From contig NC_043003.1 of the NCBI RefSeq assembly GCF_006345805.1, forward strand, positions 7,874,001-7,938,000: a DNA stretch of 64,000 bases, written 5' to 3'. Position 1 is the first letter of the stretch; each line of letters opens with the position of its first letter. A program made the translations under genes and the position numbers. The notes below the pieces were generated by a model. That model worked only from the letters and a program-made list of their open reading frames with translations, was not told where the DNA came from and did not search any database. The stretch is from Octopus sinensis. Its lineage: Eukaryota. This document shows positions 25,501 through 37,859 of the stretch, piece by piece.

Positions 25501-28500
25501 TGTTTCTTTATTAGCCACACAGGGCTGCACACAGATAGAACAAATTACAAGGTAGAGCTTTTCTTTTGGGGGTAAAAAAAGGGAGTGGTGGTTTTCGATC
25601 AAAAGGGATCGTAAAAGGAAAGAAAGAGGACAAAAAAAAGGGAGGGGTTAATAAAAAAAAAAAAAAGTGGGGGGAGAGCAAAAAAATTGATCAATAGGGA
25701 TCGTTATCACAGAAATGTGAAGTGTAAAGGGGGAGAACAAGTGAGGTTTACCCGTGGAAAGAAAAGCCTACGGAAAAGACCACGGTAACCTCGGTCAATG
25801 AAGTCACATGTTATATTTCTTTTTTTTTTTTGCAAATAAGCAACTCTCTGTATTAATTTTTACGGTTCATAGAATCATAGTCAAGGTGGCTTCGTCATTC
25901 ATACGTGCCATCCTTGCTACATTCACCCATCTTTTTTTAAACATTCACTAGACAAAACTTGCCTCTCTACTCTCACTTTCCTCTTCAAGTGATACTTGAA
26001 GAAGTTGATGAGAGATTGACCAGAGAGGAAAGTGTTTGTCTCTAATCCTTTCAGGCGCGTCCACCAGATACATTCTTTCGCCATAGCCACAAGTATGATA
26101 AAAATAGCTCTTTCTTCCCGTTTGAAGGAAGGAGGCGTGACGATATTAACGATAGACTCGGCTGATAAACCGACACGTCCCACACGTGACAGCAGTCGTT
26201 CGACATAAGCCCACAGGTCGGAAATTGCTGGACACTGCACGATTGCGTGCAGAGCGTTTTCGTCGCTCTGCCCGCATCTCGGGCAGGTCGGCCCCGTGTT
26301 TCTCGAGCCATGCCTATAGAGCTTATCCCGAACGGGTAGCGCTTCTCGGTAGCACCGCCAGGCCAGGGATCTCTGGACGTTGTCCATAGGTCCCGGGCCG
26401 AAAGTCGTTTGAAACAGGCGGTCAGGTATTCCTCGTCGACGCCCAGGTTTGCCCCGAGCTCGTCGTCGTACCTCCCCTCCACTAATCCCCTATAGAATGC
26501 TTTGGTTGTGTTGAAGTCACTCAAGGTCGACCCGGGACGGCAGAGTTGCTTGAGAGCAACGCGACACTCGCGGTGCCATTCGCCCTTCCTCGGCCTCTTT
26601 TTGATCCACGACTGTAGTTCGGTCATGGAGACGAGTTGCGGGAATGCGTGCTTCACAACGGCGACCACACCTGTTCACCGTCGTCTACATAGAGCCGAGA
26701 TGTCGCAGTCTCAGCGCGTGTCTGCGCATCATCAACCACGGCATGCCCAGCCCTCCTTTTAACGGGTGTTGACAGCAAATGGATCGCCTGACCATCGGGA
26801 CGCATCCTTTCCACAAGAAGCGGAAGAGATGCGTTCTAGTTTGGTGATGGTAGGGTCGGGACAAGGTACGACGGTCAGGCGGTAGTAGATGATGGACGCG
26901 ATGTACGCGTTCACCACCTCCGCCCGACCTTTTAGGGACAGTTTCTCCTCTCGCCCATTGCTGGGCGAGAGTGACCACCCTACTCGTTATCTCGTTCCAG
27001 TTCTTCTCCATTTGGAGGTCCGGACCGAACCAGACTCCGAGCAATTCAACCGGCCGTCTGTCCAGCGACCCACGACGGAGGTACTGGTGGACGGCATGGG
27101 CTTGCTTCTCCAGGTGCCGAGCCGCAAGCCCACTGACTTTTCCCGGTTGATTTTTGCTCCTGTCACCGCTCGTAGTCTTTCAGTGTCGTCTCGCCGACCC
27201 GCTCGATGTGCTCGTGGCTTGACACTATGACGGTGACGTCGTCCGCGTATGCAAGACACGCTCGTTCCGCATCCCAATTCTCGCGGGATGCCCCTTAGAG
27301 TCGCCAGCTTCCGCAGTAGTGGCTCAAGAGTCAATACGTATAGAAGCGCCGAGAGGGGGCATCCCTGACGGACCGAACGTGCAATGTCGAAAGGTCTCGA
27401 TAGATGTCCATTTACGCGAATTACCGAACTCATGCCATGCCTCTGTACAAGGCAGCTATCCAGCCGCGGAAGACGGGACCGAAACCAGCCGCTCTCAGGA
27501 CTGCCTCCAAGTATCGATGGTCTACCCTATCAAAGGCTTTCGATTGATCCAAGATGATCAGGGCCCCACCCATGCCAGGTTCGTTAACTACCCTGTCTAT
27601 GAAGTAGCGCATCAGATGGGGGTTGTCATGGATGCTCCGGCCCGGCACGGCGCACGTTTGTGCGTTGTCGACCAGTTTCTCGATGACAAGCGCCAACCTC
27701 TTGGCTAACACCTTTGTCAAAATTTTCAGGTCTGCATTGAGCAGCGTGATTGGTCTAAAGTTATCTATAATGTTTCCCTTGTTTGGATCTTTCTTCAGCA
27801 GAGTTACAGCTCCTCGACTCACAAAACCGGGTATGCTCCCGTTTTGCTGCCAGTTGCAGTATACCGCTGCCAGACGTGTCCCCAAACAAGTCTGGCATAG
27901 AATTGTAAAACTCGTAGGGTAGACCATCCAAACCCGGTGATTTGTCTCTCGAGCATTCTGCTATCGCTTCCTGCACTTCCGCCGCCGTGATGGCACCTTC
28001 GCAGCACCCTGCCTTTCTTGTCGAGAGTCGTGGCAGGCTATGTAGGTAGGCACTGAAGTCCACCCTACGTTCTTGCCCTCCACTCGTCCCGAACAGTCGG
28101 GCAAAATGCTGCTGAAAGGCCTCACACATTTTACTTGGCTCGAGCAATTCGCGCCCCTGTTCATCTACCAGTGACCGAATGGTGGCTTTGTTGCCTTGTT
28201 GCGCCTCTGCCACCCGGGCCTCTCTCGCGGCTCCAACACCTTCGTTCCTTAGAGCACGCATCCTAGCTCTGACAGCACATCCTTCGTGTTTGGCGTTGAA
28301 GTTTGGTCGAGGGCCACCTCGCCGCCAACGTCGGATGGATGCGACGCCCGCTTCTATTGCCTCTTCTAGCTTCTTAACTAGCTCACCCTCTACTCTATTT
28401 CTATCTATGGCTAGTGATTTGCTGTACCTAATCGCTTCTGCTTTTACTGCTCTCTTGAGGGCAAACCACCATTTGTTGTTGATGATGGCTCCCGTCAAAG

Positions 28501-28853
28501 CCCTCTTTACTAGTGTGCTAATCCGGTCTCTGAAAACTTGTCTGGACGGGAATGATGCGTTCAGTTTCCAGTACCCAGGACCCTGTCTATGTGCCTTATC
28601 TAAGTCTAGCGTACACGTCACCAATTTGTGATCCGTGTAGCTGACTGTGTGGAATTGTGGACATCCTAAGTTATCCTTGTCTACTGTCCTACACAGTATC
28701 CTATCTAGATACGATCTCGACGACCCACTGCGGTTGCTCCATGTCCACGTTGGTGCATTTGGGTGGTCGAGTCGGTACCTGTCAGACAGTTGGAATCGTC
28801 TGAGCAGGTCTCTGAGGCATTTGCATCCCCTTCTGTTTCTGTCTCTACCCACG
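25501..28853 (-). mobile_element. Tx1-clade (L1 group) LINE, 5'-truncated copy 1
   Basis: ORF2 pieces: APE C-terminus (TWTWSN..SYLDRIL..SYTDHKLV..PGYWKLNAS), KSPGLDGLPYEFY, FRPITLLNADLKILTKVLAKRL, LDQSKAFDRVDHRYL, VRQGCPLSALLYVL, zinc knuckle CPRCGQSDENALHAIVQC; 3' end AATAAAGAAACA-(TATC)n; GC-rich compared with flanks. Confidence 0.92.
25867..28853 (-). pseudogene. Tx1 ORF2 (endonuclease-RT-zinc finger), frameshifted
   Basis: Overlapping ORF-track pieces 27761-28981, 27430-27927, 26987-27433, 26685-27044, 26051-26668 and 25923-26387 continue one protein through frameshifts; stop at ~25867. Confidence 0.85.

Positions 28854-28951
<98 letters not shown>
28854..28951. repeat. (GATA)n microsatellite between the two Tx1 copies
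   Basis: Directly visible. Confidence 0.98.
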
Positions 28952-30169
28952 TGTTTCTTTATTAGCCACACAGGGCTGCACACAGACGGGACAGATTACA
29001 AAGTAGAGCTTTTCTTTTGGGGGAAAGAAAAAAAAGGAGGAGTAGATTTTCGATCAAAAGGGATCGTAAAAGGGAAAGAAGGAGAAGAATAAAAGAAAAA
29101 GGAAAAGAAACAAAAGAAAAAACGATCAATAGGGATCGTGTATCACAGTGTCATGATGTAAGATGTAAAGGGGGAAGCAGAAAAGGTTTATCCGTGGGAA
29201 GAAAAGCCTACGGAAAAGACCACAGTAACCTCGGTCAATATTGTTACATGTTACCACATTTGTTTGCAAGTAGGTAACCCTCTGTTTTAAATTTCCGGGT
29301 TCATAGGATTATGCTCAAGGTGGCTTCGTCATTCATACGTGTCATCCTTGCTACGTTCACCCATCTTTTTTTAAACATTCGCTAGACAAAACTTGCCTCT
29401 CTACTCTCACTTTCCTTTTCAAGTGATACTTGAAGAAGTTGATGAGAGATTGACCAGAGAGGAAAGTGTTTGTCTCCAATCCTTTCAGACGCGTCCACAT
29501 TCTTTCGCCATAGCCACAAGGATGATGAAAATAGCTCTTCCTTCCCGTTTGAAGGAAGGAGGCGTGACGATGTTAACGATAGACTCGGCTGATAAACCGA
29601 CTCGTTCCACACGTGACAGCAGTCGTCCGACATAGGCCCACAGGTCGGAAATTGTTGAACACTGCACGATTGCGTGCAGAACGGTTTCGTCACTCTGACC
29701 GCATCTCGGGCAGGTCGGCCCCGTGTTTCTCGAGCCGTGTCTGTAGAGCTTATCCCGAACGGGTAGCGCTTCTCGGTAGCACTGCCAGGCCAGGGATCTC
29801 TGGAAGTTGTCCATGGGCCCTGGCCCGAAAGTCGTCCTGAACAGGCGGGTCAGGTATCCCTCGCCGACGTCCAATTTCGCCCCGAGCTCCTCGTCGTACC
29901 TCCCCTCCACTAATCCCCTATAGAATGCTTTGGTTGTGTTGAAGTCACTCAAGGTCGACCCGGGACGGTATAGTTGCTTGAGAACAACGCGACACTCGCG
30001 GTGCCATTCGGCCTTCTTCGGCCACTTTTTGATCCACGACTGCAGTTCGGTCATGGAGACGAGCTGCGGGAAAGCGTGCCTCACAAACGGCGACCACACC
30101 TGTTGACCGTCGTCTACATAGAGCCTGAGATGTTGCTGTCTCAGCGTGTGTGTGCGCATCATCAACCAC

Positions 30170-30170
<1 letters not shown>
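28952..30170 (-). mobile_element. Tx1-clade LINE, 5'-truncated copy 2
   Basis: Clearly homologous but diverged copy of 25501-26740, with the same 3' terminus TGTTTCTTTATTAGCCACACAGGGCTGCACACAGA; open frame 29485-30165 contains CPRCGQSDETVLHAIVQC. Confidence 0.93.
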
Positions 30171-30250
<80 letters not shown>

Positions 30251-30256
30251 ATAGAT
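30171..30256. repeat. (GATA)n microsatellite at 5' junction of Tx1 copy 2
   Basis: Directly visible. Confidence 0.98.
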
Positions 30257-30999
30257 GTGTGTATGTGTGTTTGTATGAGTGTGTGTATGGAGAGAGGGAG
30301 TACATAGTGTCAGATAGTCAGATGGATGCATACATACATACATACATACATACATACATACATAAATTGTATTTAACAGCGCAAGTATGGAGACAAAGGC
30401 GTAAAGACAAAAGCAAAGATAAAACAATGGTTTACATTTTAAACCAGTTCTTTAATATTTCTTTTGTGAGAAAATGTGATTTTCTAGAAAATGGAGAACG
30501 TGCTGATATCATCTGCGCAAATCAAAATATCTAAGCAGATATTTTCAGCCTTTAACATTAGTGAGAACAAAATATTTCTCCGTGGATGTTCAAAGTAATA
30601 CTTTTAGGATTACTTTGGCAGGAACAGTTGATGGACATTTTATGAAAATCTAGACAAAACAGACTAGAGCGGGTCTGGTCTTTAAACGCAAATAATACAA
30701 GCAACGAACATGTTCCAGTCTTAGTGGATCTTCTCAGCGAAGGAGATTCTACTAAGTCGGCAAAATTAAAATCAACAAATAATTTGTGTGTGTGTGTATG
30801 AGTGTGTTTATATGTATATACCTTATGTAGTGTTATAGATTATAAGTAACAATAATATACAAATAAAATTACCGTGTGGCCTCACTAGGTGTTATAGTAA
30901 ATTGAAAATTACCAATTAACTGAGATTATCAATAGACTAACCCTCTTTATTGGAGCTGAAAATATAAAGACACCAAGTAAGGGAGGAAACTCTAATTTG

Positions 31000-31345
31000 T
31001 TGACTGAAATTTTTGACAAACAAAAAGTAAGAGTGAATCGGAGCCAACTGATGAAAGCAATGAAGATGTTTCAAAGTATATCCTATTCAGATTAATTTTA
31101 CCCCGCCCTCAAAACAGGTGGCCGAAATAGAGTTCCTCCGAAGGATATCTGGAGCAATGCTGCCCGACAGGTTGCGTACTTCGAGTCACTACTTCTATGC
31201 TTTGAGAAGTCTCAGTTCCTCTACTATGGACATGTGATTAGAATTTCGCAGAAAAGAATTGCAAGCCGGGTCAACTGGCAGGAGAGCAAGAAGGAGACCA
31301 AGAACTGACAGTTGGATAATACCCATTGCCTCAGTTGGTCGCACT
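31000..31345 (+). mobile_element. Decayed RTE-like LINE 3' fragment
   Basis: YYG-HVIRISQKRIASR..TGRRARRRPRT resembles the RTE C-terminus; same family as 35930-36230. Confidence 0.55.
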
Positions 31346-31348
31346 TGT

Positions 31349-31599
31349 AGAGGCACATGGCCTAGTGGTTAGAGTAGCGGATTCGCGGTCGAGGGATCGC
31401 GGGTTCGAATCTCAGACCGGGTGATGAGTGTGTTTATGAGCGAAACACCTAAGCTCCACGCGGCTCCGGCAGAAGGTAATGGCAAACTTCTGCTGACTCT
31501 TTCGCCACAACTTCCTCGTCCAGGTGGGAAACCTATACGCCGATGAAACCGGGAAACCGGCCCTTATGGGCCAGGGATGGCTCAAGAAGGAACAAACAA
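31349..31599 (+). mobile_element. tRNA-derived SINE (family C variant)
   Basis: AGAGGCACATGGCCTAGTGGTTAGAGTAGCGGATTCGCGGTCGAGGGATCGCGGGTTCGAATC head. Confidence 0.85.
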
Positions 31600-32699
31600 A
31601 TAACATTGGTCGCAGTTGGGATCCAGCCAGGAAGGTAGTGACAGTTGTTTCTGATTGGACCCTATAGAGGTGGTGCTTTGGGAGCTAATGGACGAATGAA
31701 TGAATGAATGAATGAATGAATGGATAGATGGATGGATGGATGGATGGACGGACGGACGGACGGATGGATGCATATATGCATGCATGAATGAAACGATGGA
31801 AAAACAGTAAACCTAGCAATAAATTTGATTAGTTGTAAACATAGTTATCAGTGAACTAAAGAAAAATCTTGTAGACTGTCCCTAAATTTATGCTTGTCAG
31901 AAAAGTCGGTCAGACGCGACAGAAGCTGAAAAGCGTAAAATTCGCTTTATTTATTTATTTATTTATTTATTTTGTAGTCTCAACGAATTCCGCATAAGAG
32001 CTCAAACATTTCGAAGTTCAACATTAAAAGAAAATTCAAGTTAAACTGACACAAGCTGAGTATAATATTAAGAATGCTGGAATAAAATCTCTTTGAATAA
32101 CCAATATTATGTCTTTTTTCTTTGCATTATGACAGTAAAGATAGTAAAGAATTCTACGAATATTAGAAGTGCAAAAATATATTCGAAATTATTGATTTTG
32201 CGGTTTTCCGGCTTCTGTCAGATCTGTCGGGTGTTTTTTTTTTTCTTATTTCGATCAGTATAAAAAGAGGCACAATCCGCTGCAATGCGAAGAGGTGGCT
32301 GTTGGTAATGTTCTATTTTCGATGTGATGTCATGACTTGTCTCTGATCTTACATCATGAGGGAATTAAGTAAATTTTTTTTTTGTCTGGCTGATGTCTAC
32401 ACTTCTTGCCTAAAATCCGTATGTTAGAGAGGATATAAAGATATACTATCCGTCAGTCTTCTAGGAATTTATTGTGAATTACTGTTACGTGACTCGTTTT
32501 AATCCGGAGAACTGGTCATGTATTTGTGCGTGCGTGCGTGTTTGTGTTTGTGTGTGTGTGTGTTTGTGTGTGTGTGTCTTTCTGCCTAAGTATACCATTT
32601 ATAATTTTTATTCACATAACTCCGAAAGGAACACACTGCCCAAAACTATATAAGGACAGAAAATATTAAAAAATAAAGTAGTCTATCATATATATATAT

Positions 32700-32746
<47 letters not shown>

Positions 32747-33010
32747 TATAATATATAATTATATATGTCTGTGCGTGTATGTGTATATATATATGTATGA
32801 TTGTTGTATGTCATTGTTCAGTTTCATTCAACTTCTCTGCCATAAGGAGGAGCCAGGTTCAAACCCAGATCCAAGATTCCTTCGTTGTAATTTCAACAAC
32901 ATCAACAGGGTATTTTTGTGTGTAGGTATGTATGTATGTATGGTATGTATGTATTATGTATGTATGGTTGGTATGTATGTATGTATGTATGTATGTATGT
33001 ATGTATGTAT

Positions 33011-33399
33011 GAACTCTTGAGAGTCAACGGCCATCCAATAAATGTCTTAAGGCTGTATCATGCGCGGGTACATAGAAATAATCGGACTGAATACCCGATC
33101 GCGCGGTTAAACCATTGGGAGTGAAGGACTCCTAGCCTTTGTTAGGGCATCCTTCTAGGAGAAGGTAACTCAGGTAACTGGGATAACTCCGACATAAAAC
33201 CTGCGGCTCAGTGGTTACCGATGATGTTGACGTGTTCTTCTTTTCGGATTATGGCTGCTGTTGCTTCGTGAGTGGGATTGACTCAGTGCACAGCCTTTCC
33301 TCACTTTAAAAAAAATCTTCTCGCACAGGCATTGCATGATAACAACATTGATTAAGCTTCGTGCAATAGCCATACTCGATAACGAGGGGGCAGCCACCA
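33011..33399 (-). mobile_element. Unclassified ~390 bp (CATA)n-tailed interspersed element, copy 1
   Basis: Inverted, highly similar copy at 61179-61564; both end GACTCTCAAGAGTT-(CATA)n. Confidence 0.8.
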
Positions 33400-34106
33400 T
33401 GTATGTATGTATGTATGTATGTATGTATGTATTTATGTATGTATGTATGTATGTATGTATGTATGTATGTATGTATGTATGTATGTATGTATGAATGTAT
33501 GTATGTATGCATGCATCAAATCTCTTTACTAGGATTTATATTTTCTGAGGTATAATTCTCCGAACGTGAAACTTACTGGAATTTCATAAATGCACACCAT
33601 TGTGTTATAAACGTTCCATATAAGCAGTGATATTAATGATTCGTATCGTTTTCTTCACAGTTAAAATCAATTCTGTTATTTTGACGAAAAGAAAGATTTC
33701 ATAACAAAAATCATTTTTTTTTTCCAAACTACATGACAAACAATATGGATGATCGGGATCAGGTGAAATTTCTTTTCCTTTAAGCAACTTATTTCAGTGG
33801 CTTATATATTATGAATCCAGTTCAAATCAAGAATTCAGAGACACACAGACGCACACACACTTACGTATGTGTGTGCATGTGTGCGAATATATATATATAT
33901 ACATATAAATTCAGCAAAACAATTTAGATTCAAATGAATATGGTACTTAATTTAGATCCACCAGAATGTTTATGGGTAATACCATAAAAATTCTGGTGCA
34001 TATACATACATATATGTATATATATATATATATATATAAACGCTTTCGGTGCGAATATTTTTTTTCTATACGGTACCGTTTTTACAGTCCTGTAAATAAT
34101 AATAAT

Positions 34107-34290
34107 GGTATTTTCATATAAGCTTAAACCTTATGATCGATCACCATGGATTGTCTAAGGAAAATAGTCTAATAAAGGGGCATATAAGCCTTCTTCTTTC
34201 TGTCGAGGGCTTATATGGCCCTTTATTAGACTATTTTCCTTAGTCATTGCACGGTTATCGCCATAAGCTTTAAGCTTATATAAAAATACC
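34107..34290. repeat. Palindromic element (~184 bp)
   Basis: GGTATTTT..CTTATG / CATAAG..AAAATACC outer arms and CTAAGGAAAATAGTCTAATAAAGGG / CCCTTTATTAGACTATTTTCCTTAG inner arms. Confidence 0.9.
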
Positions 34291-34381
34291 TTATATATAT
34301 ATCCTTTCCTGAGCATCCAATAACATTATACTTGTTCCACGTCCTCGCGTTGTTGTGCTTTCTCTTTGTTCGTGTTTGGAT

Positions 34382-34431
<50 letters not shown>

Positions 34432-34596
34432 TATATATATACATTGAATGTACATGTGTGTATATATATGTGTGAGTGTACATACATAATACCTACACAC
34501 ACTCACACTTGCAGGCAAACACACACACATATTTCGAAACATATACATACAAGTACGTATGTACATAAATCTTCCTTTTGCTTGATTTTGATCTCT

Positions 34597-34630
<34 letters not shown>

Positions 34631-34823
34631 ACTCATTCATTCGTTGGCTCTCTCTCTATCTATCTATCTATCTATCTTTCACTCACTCATTCCACCCCTC
34701 TGTCTGTGTGTCTCTCTCTCTCTTTCATTCGCTATTTCTCTCTCTTCCTCTAATATAATTCTTTCTGTCAGTTTCATGCTATACATGTATGTGCATGAGT
34801 GAGAAAGAGGGGATGAATACGTG

Positions 34824-34863
<40 letters not shown>

Positions 34864-35929
34864 GTGTGCATGTGTGTGTGCGTGCGTGTATTTATCGCCA
34901 TAAGTCATACTTTTTTCTGTATTTCTCTAACACACTCGAATTCGTTCTCTTCTTCTCTCTCTTCCGTATCTCCGTATTTCCCTTTCATTGGACATTTCGC
35001 ATCAGTTTTGGAGTCTCTCATTATTTATTTGTTTATTTATCAATTCTTGATTTCATCGTTGTTTCCAAACCGCTGAAATTCTGGTGATTAAAGGAAAAGA
35101 ATTTTCACGTGATCATATATTTTGTTCGTTCGTCTTGTTGATTCAAAACGACAGTTTTTGTTGCCAATGTTTCCTTGAAAAACGATTGCATTGATTTAGC
35201 TATCAAGAAAACTATACGAACCATTTATATTTCCTTGGATAGAGAAAACATCCTTTACTTACAGTAGACTAACTTTCATAACACAATGATATAAATTTTG
35301 AGGCAGCCATGACAATTGATTTTATTCTGATTTCACTTACACGTGACTGACGTTGTAGAATGGCTAGGATGGGCTTGTTAAATTGTCAGTCTTTCTTTTC
35401 ATGAATGCTATAATTGTATATTCCATTATTAGTATCCTTACTGAGTTTTAGACCAAAGCATCGAAATCTAAATGCATCCAACTCCGCTTCAAATTTGATG
35501 CTAAAGGCATACAGATCCCTTCTTACATTGAAGTACGCCATTGGCATTCCAAGTACGCTGTTTAATTTCCAACAGAAATTTCTTAGCTATTCACAAAGCC
35601 TGATTTTTTTCTGATGCAGAGGAAGTAGACGATTTGATCGAATTGATCGACTCTGACACCGGATTGTTTCTTTATTTTATTGGCCCCGTGGGGATGAAAA
35701 ACAACTGAGAACTAAAGTTATCGTAACTTAATCTACTGCAGATATATACCGTAAATTGTTGCTGATAATCTCCAAAGTGCAATTCTGGAACAGTCTAGCG
35801 AGAAATGAAGAGCCTTGTCCAAGGGCAAAACGCGATGCCCAGCCGTGAATCGAACCTATGGTTTAAGGATTGTGAGCCTAACAACATAACCATTAAGCTA
35901 CACGCCTTCACAATTCCTTCCTCCAGTCT

Positions 35930-36230
35930 TCATTCATTTTCTCTACCCAATATACCCGGAATAGTCTTGGTGGTAGAGACCTCCAGGCGCCTCCTCCTTT
36001 TTAGAGTCTTATCAGAAGCAACAGTCTTTACATCTTGCAGCTGGATTCCCAAGAATGACCAACTGTGACTGTGAGCATTATTCCGCCATTTAATTTTGGG
36101 CTTATTCCTACGTCTCCTGCCAGTTGGCTCGGCTTGAGGAATCCGTCTTGTGATTCTTTCCTGCGACAATCCAATCGTGTCATTCGTACCAAACAAAAAT
36201 CCCAGATCTCACTATCAATAAACCAAACAG
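35930..36230 (-). mobile_element. Decayed RTE-like LINE 3' fragment
   Basis: SQERITRRIPQAEPTGRRRRNKPKIKWRNN..LGIQL resembles the RTE C-terminal RIPRR..PxGRRxRGRPKxRW motif. Confidence 0.65.
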
Positions 36231-36556
36231 AAACACAACGCATACAGCTTTGGCGATACCTTCGATAAAATCGTCACCACAACAACAACAACAGAACTTC
36301 TCCGCTACCTCTCCATTTTTGCTTTCACCAATATTCAGACCTATCAATGATTTATAGGTACACGGTGGGGGGAGGTGGATGTAACAGATTTACCCCCCCC
36401 CCCCCCCAGAAACTGCTGACCTTGGGTTTGATGGAGGATGATGAAAGAGCAAAACCCCACAGAATATTGCATGTAGACCCATTACCCTTTTTTCGTGTCT
36501 TTTCCATGTCATTGTTTGTTTACATCTGACATCTCGGACACGGAACGTCGTTGCAA

Positions 36557-36656
36557 NNNNNNNNNNNNNNNNNNNNNNNNNNNNNNNNNNNNNNNNNNNN
36601 NNNNNNNNNNNNNNNNNNNNNNNNNNNNNNNNNNNNNNNNNNNNNNNNNNNNNNNN
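36557..36656. other. Assembly gap (100 N)
   Basis: Run of N. Confidence 1.
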
Positions 36657-36736
36657 GGTGTGACTCGTATTTAACGAAATAGAGTACACACTGTTGTGAA
36701 GTAGATTGGAATAATAGATGATATCTTATTCAAAAC

Positions 36737-37350
36737 TAAGGCAGCGAGCTGGCAGAAACGTTAGCACACCGGGCGAAATGCTTGGCGATATTTCGTCTAA
36801 GTTCAAATTTCCGCCGATGTCGTCTTTGCATTTCATCATTTCGCGATCGATAATTTAAGTACCAGTTGCATACTGGGGTCGATCTACTCGACTAGCCCCT
36901 CTCTCAAATTTCAGGCCTTGTGCCTTTAGTACAAAAGATTATTATTGAGAGAAAGGCAGCGAGCTGGCAGAATCGTTAGCACGCCGGGCGAAATACTTAA
37001 CAATGTTTCGTCTGCCGCTACGTTCTGAGTTCAAATTCCGCCGAGGACAACTTTGCCTTTCATCCTTTCGGGGTCGATTAAATAAGTACCGGTTACGCAC
37101 TGGAGTCGATATAATCGACTTAATCCTTTTGTCTGTCCTTGTTTGTCCCCTCTGTGTGTAGCTCCTTGTGGGCAGTAAAGAAATAGGTATTTCGTCTGTC
37201 TACATTCTGAATTCAAATTTCCGCCGAGGTCGACTTTGCCTTTCATCCTTTCGGGGTCGATAAATCAAGTACGAGTTGCGTACTGGGGTCGATCTAATCG
37301 ACTGGCCCCCTCCCTCAGGTTTCAGGTCTTGTGCCTAGAGTAGAAAAGTA
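36737..37350 (+). mobile_element. Three tandem SINE family A units
   Basis: AAGGCAGCGAGCTGGCAGAA heads at ~36738 and ~36952; three CATCCTTTCGGGGTCGAT-type cores. Confidence 0.85.
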
Positions 37351-37462
37351 TATTCTTATTCAAATCTGTGACTGCATACGACTCTTTGCATCCGAGGGTT
37401 TAGAACGAGAATTTCCAGATACTGCGTCAGTATTTGAGATATATTTTGCTCTTTAGAATAAA

Positions 37463-37859
37463 CTAGCAGTATCGCCCGCAGTTGCTCGGGTTTGTAAGGG
37501 AAATAACTATATAAGCATTTTTAGAGATGTAAAGTATAATAGCCATCTCAATATGGCTAACCACAAAGGGGGGGGTGTTACTGTAGCTTTTTACGTTCTG
37601 AGATTTAATAATACATCTTTAGAGAGTTACTTCCGTTATATAACAGCAAAAAAATGTATTAAAAATGGGAAAAAATGATGGTAAATTTTTTTTTAAATCG
37701 TAGACTCATTGTAGACGTGCGCTAATACCCAGAAGGACTCGATATGAATCACGACTATAAGATACCCGGTTTCGGTTTAACTGCACCGCAAAATGTGGGA
37801 GTAGTTAGGAATCTAAATCGTAGGAGATAGACACACAGCTTCACTTTTATATATAAAGA
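37463..37859 (-). mobile_element. Non-autonomous Helitron
   Basis: On minus strand: 5' A|TC start, 3' CCCGAGC..GCGGG hairpin then CTAG|T; second copy 62720-63116 and partial copy 42885-43083. Confidence 0.8.

Noticed and set aside
31041-31085. CTGATGA-AAGC..GTTT-CAAA
   Set aside because: CAAA instead of GAAA, no stem I, and it lies within an RTE remnant.
36737-37350. Regularly spaced repeats resembling a CRISPR-like array
   Set aside because: These are tandem SINE units in eukaryotic DNA, with no constant short repeat and unique spacer pattern and no cas genes.
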